In this document: in pieces, positions 26,823 to 34,726 of the stretch | Position numbering within the stretch: the first letter of the stretch is position 1 | Layout of the letters: each line of letters starts with the position of its first letter | Source: a virus | Lineage: Duplodnaviria; Caudoviricetes | Virus record (IMG/VR): IMGVR_UViG_3300030330_001746 | Location: 1 to 35,380 of that record | Length of the DNA stretch: 35,380 bases | Reading direction: 5' to 3' (one strand) | Program-made: the position numbers and the translations under genes | The notes under the pieces: generated by a model | The model's database searches: none | What the model was told of the DNA's origin: nothing | What the model saw: only the letters and a program-made list of their open reading frames with translations

Positions 26823-27218
26823 ATGAACGAGATGCTCGTGGGGCAGGCTGGCGAGTACATCGCCGCCGCTGCGCTTCTTGAGCTTGGCGTTCAAACAATG
26901 TTTAGCCCAACTGCCGGCGCGGACCTTTTGGCGTTTGCTCAAAAACGATATTGGCGCGTCGAAGTTAAAACAACGCAATCGCGTGAAAAGCGAGACGGCA
27001 AAAACCTGTATCGTTGGAACACGGCAACGGGCTCACAAAACAAATCTGTCTTGAGTTCCGACGACTCAGATATCGTCGCGCTCGTCGCGCTCGATCGCCG
27101 GCAAGTTTTCTTTCGACCAGTCAATTTGATAACAGGAAAAACGACACGCCTTAGCGCAAATAGATTTGTCGAGGGAGTCGAAGAAAAAACCTGGAAAGAA
27201 GCAATCGCATGCAGTTGA
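26823..27218 (+). CDS. PD-(D/E)XK endonuclease
   Basis: GQAGEYIAAAAL...ADLLA...RVEVKTT...DIVALV. Confidence 0.75.
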   Translation: MNEMLVGQAGEYIAAAALLELGVQTMFSPTAGADLLAFAQKRYWRVEVKTTQSREKRDGKNLYRWNTATGSQNKSVLSSDDSDIVALVALDRRQVFFRPVNLITGKTTRLSANRFVEGVEEKTWKEAIACS

Positions 27219-27562
27219 GCCCAGAAATGATAGTGTCTCTCGGCGCAATGGCAGCCAGTTTTATCGGTAGCTTCGCAGTAGTTAAATCGAAATTGTCGGC
27301 TATCGAAGAGGAATTGAAAGAAGCTCAAAAGCGTCTTCGTCAGTTGGATGGGCGTCTCGACAAAAACGACACACATACAGACCTCGTTAGTCAACGGATG
27401 TCGGTGATTTCCAAAATGCTAGATCCGACAAATCGCGAGCGGTTACATCGCTCTCTTGAACGTCTGCAAGTCGAATCTGAAACGCTGCGGCGTGACGTCG
27501 ATATTTTACAAAAAATGCACAACGGTCGGCACAAACCTGTGACAGGAAACGCACATGATTGA
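27209..27562 (+). CDS. Membrane-anchored coiled-coil protein in the lysis region
   Basis: N-terminal hydrophobic helix, then coiled coil; ends HNGRH. Confidence 0.55.
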   Translation: MQLSPEMIVSLGAMAASFIGSFAVVKSKLSAIEEELKEAQKRLRQLDGRLDKNDTHTDLVSQRMSVISKMLDPTNRERLHRSLERLQVESETLRRDVDILQKMHNGRHKPVTGNAHD

Positions 27563-27929
27563 GAATTGGGACCGCTACCCAAATTTTGGGCGCGACGAAT
27601 TTGCATGCTCACATTGCGGCATGGAAAAAATGGACCCTGAATTTATGGATGCGCTTCAGGAGCTGCGCGACCAATTTGGCCCGATGCAGATATCAAGCGG
27701 ATATCGATGCGCTGAGCATTCAGTCGAGGCGCGTAAATCAAAACCCGGCACGCATTTTAGCGGCAAGGCCGCCGACATTGTAGTGAGTCGCGGCGATGCC
27801 GTGAAGCTGTTGCGCCTTGCCTTGCTTGATGGCCGCTTCAGCGGCTTTGGGATTCAGCAAAAAAAAGGCGGGCGTTTTATCCACCTCGATACCACGACAA
27901 CCAACCGACCAACGATCTGGTCATATTAA
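27555..27929 (+). CDS. Endolysin, peptidase M15A family
   Basis: NF...EFAC, ISSGYRC..H, H..GKAADI and FIHLD zinc-peptidase motifs. Confidence 0.9.
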   Translation: MIENWDRYPNFGRDEFACSHCGMEKMDPEFMDALQELRDQFGPMQISSGYRCAEHSVEARKSKPGTHFSGKAADIVVSRGDAVKLLRLALLDGRFSGFGIQQKKGGRFIHLDTTTTNRPTIWSY

Positions 27930-27940
27930 GGAGACTGTTA

Positions 27941-28123
27941 ATGATTATTGCTCAAATGTTGCTACGGAGGCTCAAGGAGCCCTCGACCCTCGCTGGCCTG
28001 GGCTCAGTGATGGCTGCCATTGGAATTTCCCTTCCGGGGGAAGTCGTCACACAGATTACAATCGTCATTGGGGCTTTAGCCGGCATAGCTGCGACTATGA
28101 TGAAAGAGCGCGGCGGCGAGTGA
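27941..28123 (+). CDS. Holin (two transmembrane segments)
   Basis: AAGGAG RBS; RLKEPSTLAGL followed by two hydrophobic helices; adjacent to the endolysin. Confidence 0.7.
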   Translation: MIIAQMLLRRLKEPSTLAGLGSVMAAIGISLPGEVVTQITIVIGALAGIAATMMKERGGE

Positions 28124-28317
28124 CAGATGTTTGGCTTATTGTGGGTGGATGCGCAGCGGTTGCCGCGCCCGCCGCTGCCGCCTTCTGGGTGGCGGGGAAA
28201 CTCGCTCAAGCGAAACAGCGGAAGGCGGTTGAAGAGGCGCGCCAGCGTATGGATAGCGTTAGCGATCATCTGCCTCCTAGTTTTACCGCTGAGCGCTTGC
28301 GTAACTCTGACTTCTAG
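28120..28317 (+). CDS. Putative i-spanin (65 aa)
   Basis: GTG overlapping the holin stop; N-terminal TM segment, charged helix, ends ERLRNSDF. Confidence 0.5.
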   Translation: MTDVWLIVGGCAAVAAPAAAAFWVAGKLAQAKQRKAVEEARQRMDSVSDHLPPSFTAERLRNSDF

Positions 28318-28576
28318 CGCCTCAATTATAGGGGCCGGCGCCAGCACAGTCGGCGCTTATTTCGATTACCTCACTTCTGAGAAGGGCGAAGCGGTGATCG
28401 TGACGCCGCCGATCGTAGACTATACAAGCGAGATCCAGACGCGCGCGGCTGCCGAGTTCGAGCAACTGGGGCCGCCGTGCGCGCGCGACCACCTGACCGA
28501 AAATTGCTCAGCGGCTGCGCGCTTCATCATGGACTATGGGACATTGCGCGATAAAATCCGCGCGGCGAAGCAGTGA
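28229..28576 (+). CDS. Putative o-spanin lipoprotein
   Basis: TTG start; KRRASVWIALAIICLLVLPLSA-C lipobox; overlaps the i-spanin candidate in another frame. Confidence 0.55.
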   Translation: MKRRASVWIALAIICLLVLPLSACVTLTSSASIIGAGASTVGAYFDYLTSEKGEAVIVTPPIVDYTSEIQTRAAAEFEQLGPPCARDHLTENCSAAARFIMDYGTLRDKIRAAKQ

Positions 28577-28737
28577 CCTTCAGGGTAGGGATTTTTCCCG
28601 CAGTTTCCCCGCAGAATAACATTCCCACACATTCCTTTGCGTTCCCCTGCATTCCCCTCTTGTACCTTTCAAAACGGCGGATATACTGGCGTTCCGCGCT
28701 AAGCCGTTGATTTTGTTAAGCCCCGCAAAGGGCATTT

Positions 28738-28788
28738 GTCAGGCTCATAACCTGAAGGTCAGAGGTTCAAATCCTCTCCCCGCAACCA
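28738..28788 (+). other. 3' part of tRNA-Met(CAT), initiator-like: attP identity segment, not a full tRNA
   Basis: GTCAGG-CTCATAA-CCTGA-AGGTC-AGAGG-TTCAAAT-CCTCT-CCCCGCAACCA supplies the anticodon arm, T arm and CCA; no D arm or 5' acceptor strand upstream. Confidence 0.88.
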
Positions 28789-28799
28789 AATAAAACAAT

Positions 28800-28830
28800 G
28801 ACTTAGCTAGGAATAGCTAGGTCTTTTTTT
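28800..28830 (+). terminator. Terminator after the tRNA fragment
   Basis: GACTTAGCTA-GGAA-TAGCTAGGTC hairpin followed by a T run. Confidence 0.7.
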
Positions 28831-28894
28831 ATGCCCCCCGCAAATTCCCCGCACCTAAAAACCCCGCAAAATAACCTGAAGGTCATTTTTTGCT

Positions 28895-28927
28895 TTACCT
28901 ATGGTAAGAAATCCTTACAATAAGTAA
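28895..28927. promoter_or_regulatory. Pair of TTAC-N5-GTAA operators
   Basis: TTACCTATGGTAA (28895) and TTACAATAAGTAA (28915). Confidence 0.65.
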
Positions 28928-28949
28928 TGACGAAACAGAGGAGAGCTAC

Positions 28950-29222
28950 ATGACACGCATCACAAAAACCACCACCAAATACGGCACTGACTGCATCAAA
29001 GTTAACGGGCGTAACGTGTTTGATTTAACGCGCATCGAAACCATAGAGCGAGGCGAGTACTCGTATGAGTGGACCGGCACAACGATAGGCGGCTGGAAAT
29101 TTACAATTTGGGGCGGCAAGAAATCGGGCGGTGCGGCAGACGAATGGTACGCGGACTTTCTTGGAATAAGCGTTCCGGTTAAGAGCGCCGTCGCCGCTCT
29201 TCGCGCCATCAACAATGCATAA
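28950..29222 (+). CDS. Hypothetical protein (90 aa)
   Basis: GAGGAG RBS; ORF lies between the operators and the integrase. Confidence 0.65.
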   Translation: MTRITKTTTKYGTDCIKVNGRNVFDLTRIETIERGEYSYEWTGTTIGGWKFTIWGGKKSGGAADEWYADFLGISVPVKSAVAALRAINNA

Positions 29223-29306
29223 CTTAGCTAAGCGCTGGAAATGACCTCGCCAGGCGGCATCCGCACGGTGCCGCCGAGTGAGATCGCTAAGCCAGAGGAG
29301 AGCAAC

Positions 29307-30434
29307 ATGGCACCGAAAACACCAAAGGGCATTCGTTACAGCAAGCGCGACAACGGCTACATCGTCAACCTCCGCAAGTACGGCGGCGGTGAGCCGGTGC
29401 GCAAAACGCTCGACGAAGCGAAGGCTTTGCTTGAGCATGCCGCTGCCGAGCATCGTGACGGCGGCTTCATACCACAACATACGTCGCCGGCGTTCTCAGT
29501 GATCGCCGACAAGTTCATTGAGCACGAGGAGACACGCGTGCGCCGCGGCGACCTCGGCGAGGGCGAGCTGGCAAACAAGCGCACCAACGTGCAGCACCTG
29601 ATCGCGCTGCCGTTTGGCAACTCGACGCTCGGCGAGACCAAGGTCGCGGATCTGCGCACGGGCCCGATCCAGCTCCAGCTCGTGCCGGCGTTGTTCGAAG
29701 GCCGCGCGCACAAGACGGCGTCCAACATCTGGACGACGTTCGGTCAGGTTCTCAAGCACGCTGTGCTGCTTGAGGCACTCAAGAAAAACCCGATCGTTGA
29801 TCGTCAGATCACGCTGCCGGCAAAGCCGATTACAGCCGACGCGTTAGCTGCGCGCCTGTCGAAAAACATCATCAACGTGATCGTTGAACACGCCGGCCGC
29901 CACTCCCTCGTCATTGAGTTCGCAGCGTGGACTGGGCTGCGCGCCGGCGAACAGATCGCGCTGACCTGGGACGACATCGACTTCGACCGCGGCCTCGTGA
30001 CTGTGCGGCGCGCGCGCAAGAAGTGCGGTGGCCTTGGCGCTGCTAAGACCAAGGCAGGGCAGCGCTCGGTGCCATTAGATCCTGAACTGCTTGCCAAGCT
30101 GCGCGCATGGAAGCTTGCGCAGCCGATCGAGCAACGCGTCAACAATCTCGTTTTCCCGACGACGACCGGCGCGATGGACAATGTAGACAACTGGCGCAAG
30201 CGCGGGTTGCACAAGGCGTGCGATCGCGCCGGCGTCGAGCGCATTACCTGGCACTCTCTGCGTCACTTCTTTGCGTCAATCTTGCTGTACGATCTGCGCG
30301 AGGCCGATGCGACGGTAACGACGCTGATGGGTCACAAGTCGATCGACTTTACCCGCCAGCAATACGGGCATTGGATGGAAGACGCAGACCGCGACACCGG
30401 CATTGCCGAGCGTCTGGCGAGGGCCCGCGGATGA
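29307..30434 (+). CDS. int: Tyrosine integrase
   Basis: GAGGAG RBS before ATG 29307; TGLRAGE, KTKAG, HSLRH, MGH and QQYGH catalytic motifs. Confidence 0.93.
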   Translation: MAPKTPKGIRYSKRDNGYIVNLRKYGGGEPVRKTLDEAKALLEHAAAEHRDGGFIPQHTSPAFSVIADKFIEHEETRVRRGDLGEGELANKRTNVQHLIALPFGNSTLGETKVADLRTGPIQLQLVPALFEGRAHKTASNIWTTFGQVLKHAVLLEALKKNPIVDRQITLPAKPITADALAARLSKNIINVIVEHAGRHSLVIEFAAWTGLRAGEQIALTWDDIDFDRGLVTVRRARKKCGGLGAAKTKAGQRSVPLDPELLAKLRAWKLAQPIEQRVNNLVFPTTTGAMDNVDNWRKRGLHKACDRAGVERITWHSLRHFFASILLYDLREADATVTTLMGHKSIDFTRQQYGHWMEDADRDTGIAERLARARG

Positions 30435-30589
30435 CAGGGGTGCGCGCAAAGGGGGGTATCAAATGCACCCCCCGCGATCCCGCATGGCGTTGGCGCCGTG
30501 CGCTCGGTCACAAGGTTGTGAAGAGCCGAAAGCTTTACACTCGCAAGACGAAGCACAAACCCCGCCACAAGCGGGGTTCTTTTTTATGA
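30431..30589 (+). CDS. Small basic protein with an ArfA-like motif (52 aa)
   Basis: ATGA overlap with int; RDP...GHKVVKSRKLYTRKTKHK. Confidence 0.5.
   Translation: MTGVRAKGGIKCTPRDPAWRWRRALGHKVVKSRKLYTRKTKHKPRHKRGSFL
30558..30585 (+). terminator. Intrinsic terminator at the convergence of two operons
   Basis: AACCCCGC-CACAA-GCGGGGTT followed by CTTTTTT. Confidence 0.75.
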
Positions 30590-30787
30590 GATTAACGCTT
30601 CGACGCCTTGGTGAACGCCTTCGACGATGTCGTTCACCAGGCGATCGATAGCTGAGTCGTCGAGCTTCTGTTGCTTTGAGATCCAGACACCGGACGCGCC
30701 AGTCATGTCGTCATTGCTTTCAACATGAATGAAGAAGCTGCCGAAGTCGGTTTTAATTTTTACTGTACTTGTGTTTTTCCTACTCAC
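30584..30787 (-). CDS. Hypothetical protein (67 aa)
   Basis: Last ORF of the leftward operon, overlapping the upstream gene; KIKTDFGSFFIHV weakly recalls TSCPD domains. Confidence 0.6.
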   Translation of the reverse strand: MSRKNTSTVKIKTDFGSFFIHVESNDDMTGASGVWISKQQKLDDSAIDRLVNDIVEGVHQGVEALIS

Positions 30788-31100
30788 TAGCGGCGTCTTT
30801 CGCGATTAGTAGATTGCGCAGTCTGTTGAGGTGCCAGCGTGCCTTCTCGATATCGGTGCGTGGATCTGGGTGCTTCTCGCGATACCGCGAGACATACTTA
30901 ATTATGTTGCCAACCATGTACGCCTCGTCTGCCGGCAGATCGCGCACAACGTCGATGATGTAGTCAAACGTTTCGACAGAGCCTTTTTTGTAGTGCGCCG
31001 GGTTAATTTCATCTACGTCAGGGCAGTCGCAGTTCTCGCACGTAATCGTCGCGACACCCTCACGCACAATGCCCTTGTCGTCACACTTCTCGCAGCTCAT
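30780..31100 (-). CDS. DUF3310 family protein
   Basis: INPAHY...ETFDYI...GNIIKYVSRY..K...DIEKARWHL; N-terminal CxxC pairs. Confidence 0.85.
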   Translation of the reverse strand: MSCEKCDDKGIVREGVATITCENCDCPDVDEINPAHYKKGSVETFDYIIDVVRDLPADEAYMVGNIIKYVSRYREKHPDPRTDIEKARWHLNRLRNLLIAKDAASE

Positions 31101-31270
31101 AGACGCTCTTCGATCGATGCACGCGATACATAGTACCGAGCGCCTAATGGAATGTGTCGAAGTTGTTTATCATGGATAAGCTTTAAAACTTTTTTATAAG
31201 CCTGGTGGTCCCGAGAGCCGAATAAGACCTCAGCGGCATCGCGAACGCTAAGTAATGCTGCTTCAGTCAT
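31097..31270 (-). CDS. xis: Excisionase-like HTH protein
   Basis: LLSVRDAAEVLFG...LIHDKQLRHIPLGARYYVSRASIE; ATG 31270 overlaps the upstream stop. Confidence 0.7.
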   Translation of the reverse strand: MTEAALLSVRDAAEVLFGSRDHQAYKKVLKLIHDKQLRHIPLGARYYVSRASIEERL

Positions 31271-31380
31271 TGCACCCACGTTGACCACATTTGGTCATTG
31301 GTCGCTGCTAGAAAAACAAACGCCATATAGATCACGACGAAGAAACTGAGCAACCCCAGCGTCTCACATAAAAATCGCAT
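31267..31380 (-). CDS. 37-aa single-TM peptide
   Basis: MRFLCETLGLLSFFVVIYMAFVFLAATNDQMWSTWVQ; GAGGG RBS; stop coupled to the xis start. Confidence 0.5.
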   Translation of the reverse strand: MRFLCETLGLLSFFVVIYMAFVFLAATNDQMWSTWVQ

Positions 31381-31427
31381 AAAAAAAGCCCTCTCGAAAT
31401 TTGGTACGAGAGGGGAATATATAGGAA

Positions 31428-31470
31428 TTACCAAACGTAAGTCAAATTGACTTATTATTACCCTTGGTAA
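31428..31470. promoter_or_regulatory. Pair of TTAC-N5-GTAA operators upstream of the xis operon
   Basis: TTACCAAACGTAA (31428) and TTACCCTTGGTAA (31458); TTGACT on the minus strand between them. Confidence 0.65.
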
Positions 31471-32087
31471 GTTCCAACAATTGTATGCACGGCAACGACA
31501 TTTTTGCGGGGATGTTTGATTTGACGGTCAGGATTGTGTTGTCGCAGAACAATGTGCGTTTCTGTTAGTTCTACGAAGCGCTTAATGATTGCGTGGGTGC
31601 TGCCATTAGCGGCAAGCTGAACGACGACATAGTCATTCTCTCTATATGGGCGATGCGGGTGGACGTACACAACCTCGCGCGCCATGTATCTAGGTTCCAT
31701 CGAATTTCCGGTAACGAAAACAGCATAAGCGTCTTGCACGCTTTCCAGCCAGCTTGGTGTGTCGATTGTGTCGATGGGTTGGTCAACGTCTGTAATGTCG
31801 AAACCAACCTCTCCTCCTTGCACTGCTCCATATAATGGCATCTTAACCCCTCTAGTTCCTGTTCGCTGGTTAAGCCCCAGATCAACGCCCATGACTTTAT
31901 CGATCGGCACTTGGAGCGCATTAGCTATAGCTTGAGCTATCTTAACAGACGGTTGCGCTTCTTGACTTCCGTCAGCTCTTATTCTCGTGTATCGCCTCAA
32001 AGTGTGAGGCTGCATTCCAATACGCCGAGCTAACTCGGAAATGCTCATATCATGTTCGGCGCAAAGCTTTTTTATATTGTTGCGCAT
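31458..32087 (-). CDS. cI: CI-like repressor (HTH plus S24 peptidase)
   Basis: MSISELARRIGM HTH; VTGNSMEP catalytic Ser; IIKR catalytic Lys. Confidence 0.9.
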   Translation of the reverse strand: MRNNIKKLCAEHDMSISELARRIGMQPHTLRRYTRIRADGSQEAQPSVKIAQAIANALQVPIDKVMGVDLGLNQRTGTRGVKMPLYGAVQGGEVGFDITDVDQPIDTIDTPSWLESVQDAYAVFVTGNSMEPRYMAREVVYVHPHRPYRENDYVVVQLAANGSTHAIIKRFVELTETHIVLRQHNPDRQIKHPRKNVVAVHTIVGTYQG

Positions 32088-32133
32088 AATAAATTACTCC
32101 CTAACACCGCTTAAATAAGCCCCCTAAATTTGT

Positions 32134-32781
32134 CTAATTTTGACCATTTTTTTGGTTTTTTTTCGCCTGTTCTGCTGCTTCTCCATGCAACCGTTCTGCC
32201 ATTGTGACAAACGACGATTCTTTATAAAGCCCTTGTGCCTCAAGTTTTTGCAGTTTCAAATTCTCCTCGCGCTGATCCCAAAATCTGACGACGAGGCGGC
32301 AAAATTCGACAACAATAGGGTTTAGAATTTTTGCAAGTCCTCGTCCAAACAATTCAATGAAACAAAGTTCCGTAAACACATACCCGCCTTTTACGTGTTT
32401 CAGCAAGCCAAGACGCTTGCCTTCGCGAATAACCGTTTTCACACTTGTCTCTGAAGCAACGTCGCAACAAAGCGCAACCAGCTCAGTTTGGGTCAACGGA
32501 CCCTCCGCCATCTGCATGTGGTGTATAATATTTCGAGTCACGTCGCGGTGTTTGTCGCTTTGGTATCGCCATTTTTGAACTATCGGACCAACCTTGCCAG
32601 GTGGTCGATTGAGCGCAATGCTGACACCCGTCAACAAACGCACCAGCGAAACCTTGTGTCTCCAGATGAACGTGTGAGAGATCGGCTCAATTTCAAGGTC
32701 AGCCGCTTCATAGATTTCCATACGTTTTTGAATTCCATCTACCGCAGCATCACGAGCTTTCGCAAAATCGCAATAATCCAT
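32134..32781 (-). CDS. Hypothetical protein with possible winged-helix, co-transcribed with cI
   Basis: 215-aa ORF; PLTQTELV...SETSVKTVIREGKRLGLL resembles a wHTH. Confidence 0.55.
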   Translation of the reverse strand: MDYCDFAKARDAAVDGIQKRMEIYEAADLEIEPISHTFIWRHKVSLVRLLTGVSIALNRPPGKVGPIVQKWRYQSDKHRDVTRNIIHHMQMAEGPLTQTELVALCCDVASETSVKTVIREGKRLGLLKHVKGGYVFTELCFIELFGRGLAKILNPIVVEFCRLVVRFWDQREENLKLQKLEAQGLYKESSFVTMAERLHGEAAEQAKKNQKNGQN

Positions 32782-32874
32782 TTTCTGCCCTTACTATTGG
32801 TCAAATTTTGACCTTAAAAGTAATTACGTTTTTTGACAAGACTTTCTTACCAAGCCTATAAAGGGCCTTATTTC

Positions 32875-32887
32875 TTACGAAACGTAA
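32875..32887. promoter_or_regulatory. TTAC-N5-GTAA operator before cro
   Basis: TTACGAAACGTAA in the divergent intergenic region; TTGACA at 32833. Confidence 0.6.
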
Positions 32888-32893
32888 TTACCT

Positions 32894-33103
32894 ATGCTTT
32901 TTTCCGAATGGATCGACAAACGTGGTTTGACCCGCGCTAAGGCAGCCGAGCTACTCGGCGTCACAGCCACTGCGATTACTCATTGGTATGCGGGTCGCCA
33001 TCGCCCTGGTCCCAGAATGACTGCGCGCATTTATGAGGTGAGCAACGGCAGGGTGACTGTAAATGATTTGCACCGAGCTTATCAGTTGTCGAGAGACGAA
33101 TGA
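32894..33103 (+). CDS. cro: Cro-like HTH regulator
   Basis: LTRAKAAELLGVTATAITHW...P...I...SNGRVTVNDL; divergent from cI. Confidence 0.8.
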   Translation: MLFSEWIDKRGLTRAKAAELLGVTATAITHWYAGRHRPGPRMTARIYEVSNGRVTVNDLHRAYQLSRDE

Positions 33104-33432
33104 CAAAGCGCAACAAACAGCGCGGCTATGAGCATGAACGCGAAATTGTTCTGTGGGCTCAGGAGCAAGGTTTTAATTGCCGGCGCGTTTTTGGATCAGG
33201 CGCCTTTAAGCGTGAACTCGGTCAGGACTATGCCGGCGACATTGTGCTGGAAGGTTTGCGCTTAGAGGCCAAGCGCCGAAAGACCGGCAGCGGGTTCAAA
33301 CTTATCTACGACGCATTTGATCAAGACGACAGCGATGTTGTCTGCGTCAGAGCTGATCGCAAAGAGCGGCTCTGGATTATCAAAGACCACCTCTTTGCAA
33401 AACTACTGAAGGGAGAGCAAAACGATGACTAG
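33100..33432 (+). CDS. Holliday junction resolvase-like PD-(D/E)XK nuclease
   Basis: RGYEHERE...RVFGSGA...GDI...LEAKRR. Confidence 0.75.
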   Translation: MTKRNKQRGYEHEREIVLWAQEQGFNCRRVFGSGAFKRELGQDYAGDIVLEGLRLEAKRRKTGSGFKLIYDAFDQDDSDVVCVRADRKERLWIIKDHLFAKLLKGEQNDD

Positions 33433-34177
33433 TCTGTCATCTATCGTGAAGGGCTCATCAATGGCGCCGCCGCGGTGCCTTATATATGGGCCTGCCGGCG
33501 TCGGTAAGACGACATTCGGCGCATCAGCGCCCAATCCAATATTCATCCAAACAGAGGATGGTGCCGACGTTGTCGGCGCCGATCGGTTCCCGCTTGCTGA
33601 GACGTATGCCGATGTCGAGAACGCGATTGGCACGTTAGCAAAGGAAGACCATGCGTATGCGACTGTCGTTGTCGATTCTTTAGATTGGTTAGAACAACTG
33701 ATTTGGCAGCGCGTGTGCCAGGTTCACAAGATAACGAGCATTGAAGATCTGGGCTATGGCAAGGGCTACGTCTTTGCCCTCGACATATGGCGCAGTTTTT
33801 TAGACGGGCTCAACTTTTTGCGCACGCAGAAGCAAATGGCCGTAATTATGCTGGCGCATAGTCACATTAAGCGTTTCGAAGATCCTGCGTCCGAAGGATA
33901 CGATCGATACGAGATTAAGTTACACCGCAAGGCGGGCGACGTTGTTTCGGAAGCGGCGGACTTGATTGGCTTCGCGACCTACCGGACTTCGACCAAAACC
34001 ATCGACAAAGGTTTTGGGCAAAAGAAAAACATACCGCTTGGCACTGGCGAGCGGGTTTTAAGAACATCCGAGCTGCCGGCGTTCGTCGCAAAGTCTCGTT
34101 ACAACATACCCGCTGAGCTGCCGTTGAGCTGGGATGCTTTAATTTCTGCAATCACTGAAAAGAAGGAAGCTGCGTAA
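33425..34177 (+). CDS. Sak4-like ATPase (AAA_24), ssDNA annealing
   Basis: IYGPAGVGKTT, VVDSLDWLE and GYGKGY motifs; followed by an SSB gene. Confidence 0.85.
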   Translation: MTSLSSIVKGSSMAPPRCLIYGPAGVGKTTFGASAPNPIFIQTEDGADVVGADRFPLAETYADVENAIGTLAKEDHAYATVVVDSLDWLEQLIWQRVCQVHKITSIEDLGYGKGYVFALDIWRSFLDGLNFLRTQKQMAVIMLAHSHIKRFEDPASEGYDRYEIKLHRKAGDVVSEAADLIGFATYRTSTKTIDKGFGQKKNIPLGTGERVLRTSELPAFVAKSRYNIPAELPLSWDALISAITEKKEAA

Positions 34178-34674
34178 TGGTGGCGTTAAATTTCGATGCG
34201 ACCGCCGTGCCGGAAAGCACGAGCGGATATGAATTGTTACAACCAGGCGAGTATCGCGCTGAGATTGTTGCCGCCGACGTCGAGGTTTCAAAGAAAGGTC
34301 ACAATTATCTGAAGCTTCAGGTGAAGGTCGAGAACAGCGGTTTCGTTTGGGACAACCTTAATCTCTGGAACCCTAACCCATCAGCGGTAGAGGTAGCGAA
34401 CGATCGGCTGAAGCAGATCGCGCGCGCGCTGAACATGACGCACGTTGCAGACAGTGACGACATTTTGCTGAAGCCGCTCATGGTCAAGGTCAACATTGAG
34501 GCCGGCACTAATGGGTACAGCGACAAAAATATTATCGTTGGTTACAGCGCAATCGGCGCCGTAGCCGCGCCGGCAATGGCGCAGCTCGCGCAAGCACCCG
34601 TTCCTCCCTCGGCGCCGCCCGCCACCGTGGCGCCGGCACCCGCTACTACTGGTCAGGCTCCCTGGCAGTCGTAG
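34177..34674 (+). CDS. DUF669 family ssDNA-binding protein
   Basis: LLQPGEYRAEI...YLKL...VWDNLNL; Ala/Pro-rich tail ending in PW. Confidence 0.8.
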   Translation: MVALNFDATAVPESTSGYELLQPGEYRAEIVAADVEVSKKGHNYLKLQVKVENSGFVWDNLNLWNPNPSAVEVANDRLKQIARALNMTHVADSDDILLKPLMVKVNIEAGTNGYSDKNIIVGYSAIGAVAAPAMAQLAQAPVPPSAPPATVAPAPATTGQAPWQS

Positions 34675-34681
34675 CAAACTT

Positions 34682-34715
34682 GGGGGCGGGTTTTAGGCTC
34701 GCCCCCCCTTTTTTT
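34682..34715 (+). terminator. Intrinsic terminator
   Basis: GGGGGCGGG...CTCGCCCCC hairpin followed by a T run. Confidence 0.65.
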
Positions 34716-34726
34716 AGAGGTGGCAA

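Larger units (their letters stand above)
28574..28885. mobile_element. attP region (arms, IHF sites, tRNA-derived core)
   Basis: CCCGCA arm repeats at 28594-28614 and 28834-28870; IHF consensus on the minus strand at 28700-28712; tRNA fragment in the centre; upstream of the integrase. Confidence 0.8.

Noticed and set aside
28700-28788. Complete tRNA-Met gene
   Set aside because: There is no 5' acceptor strand or D arm; only the 3' 51 nt match, as expected for attP.
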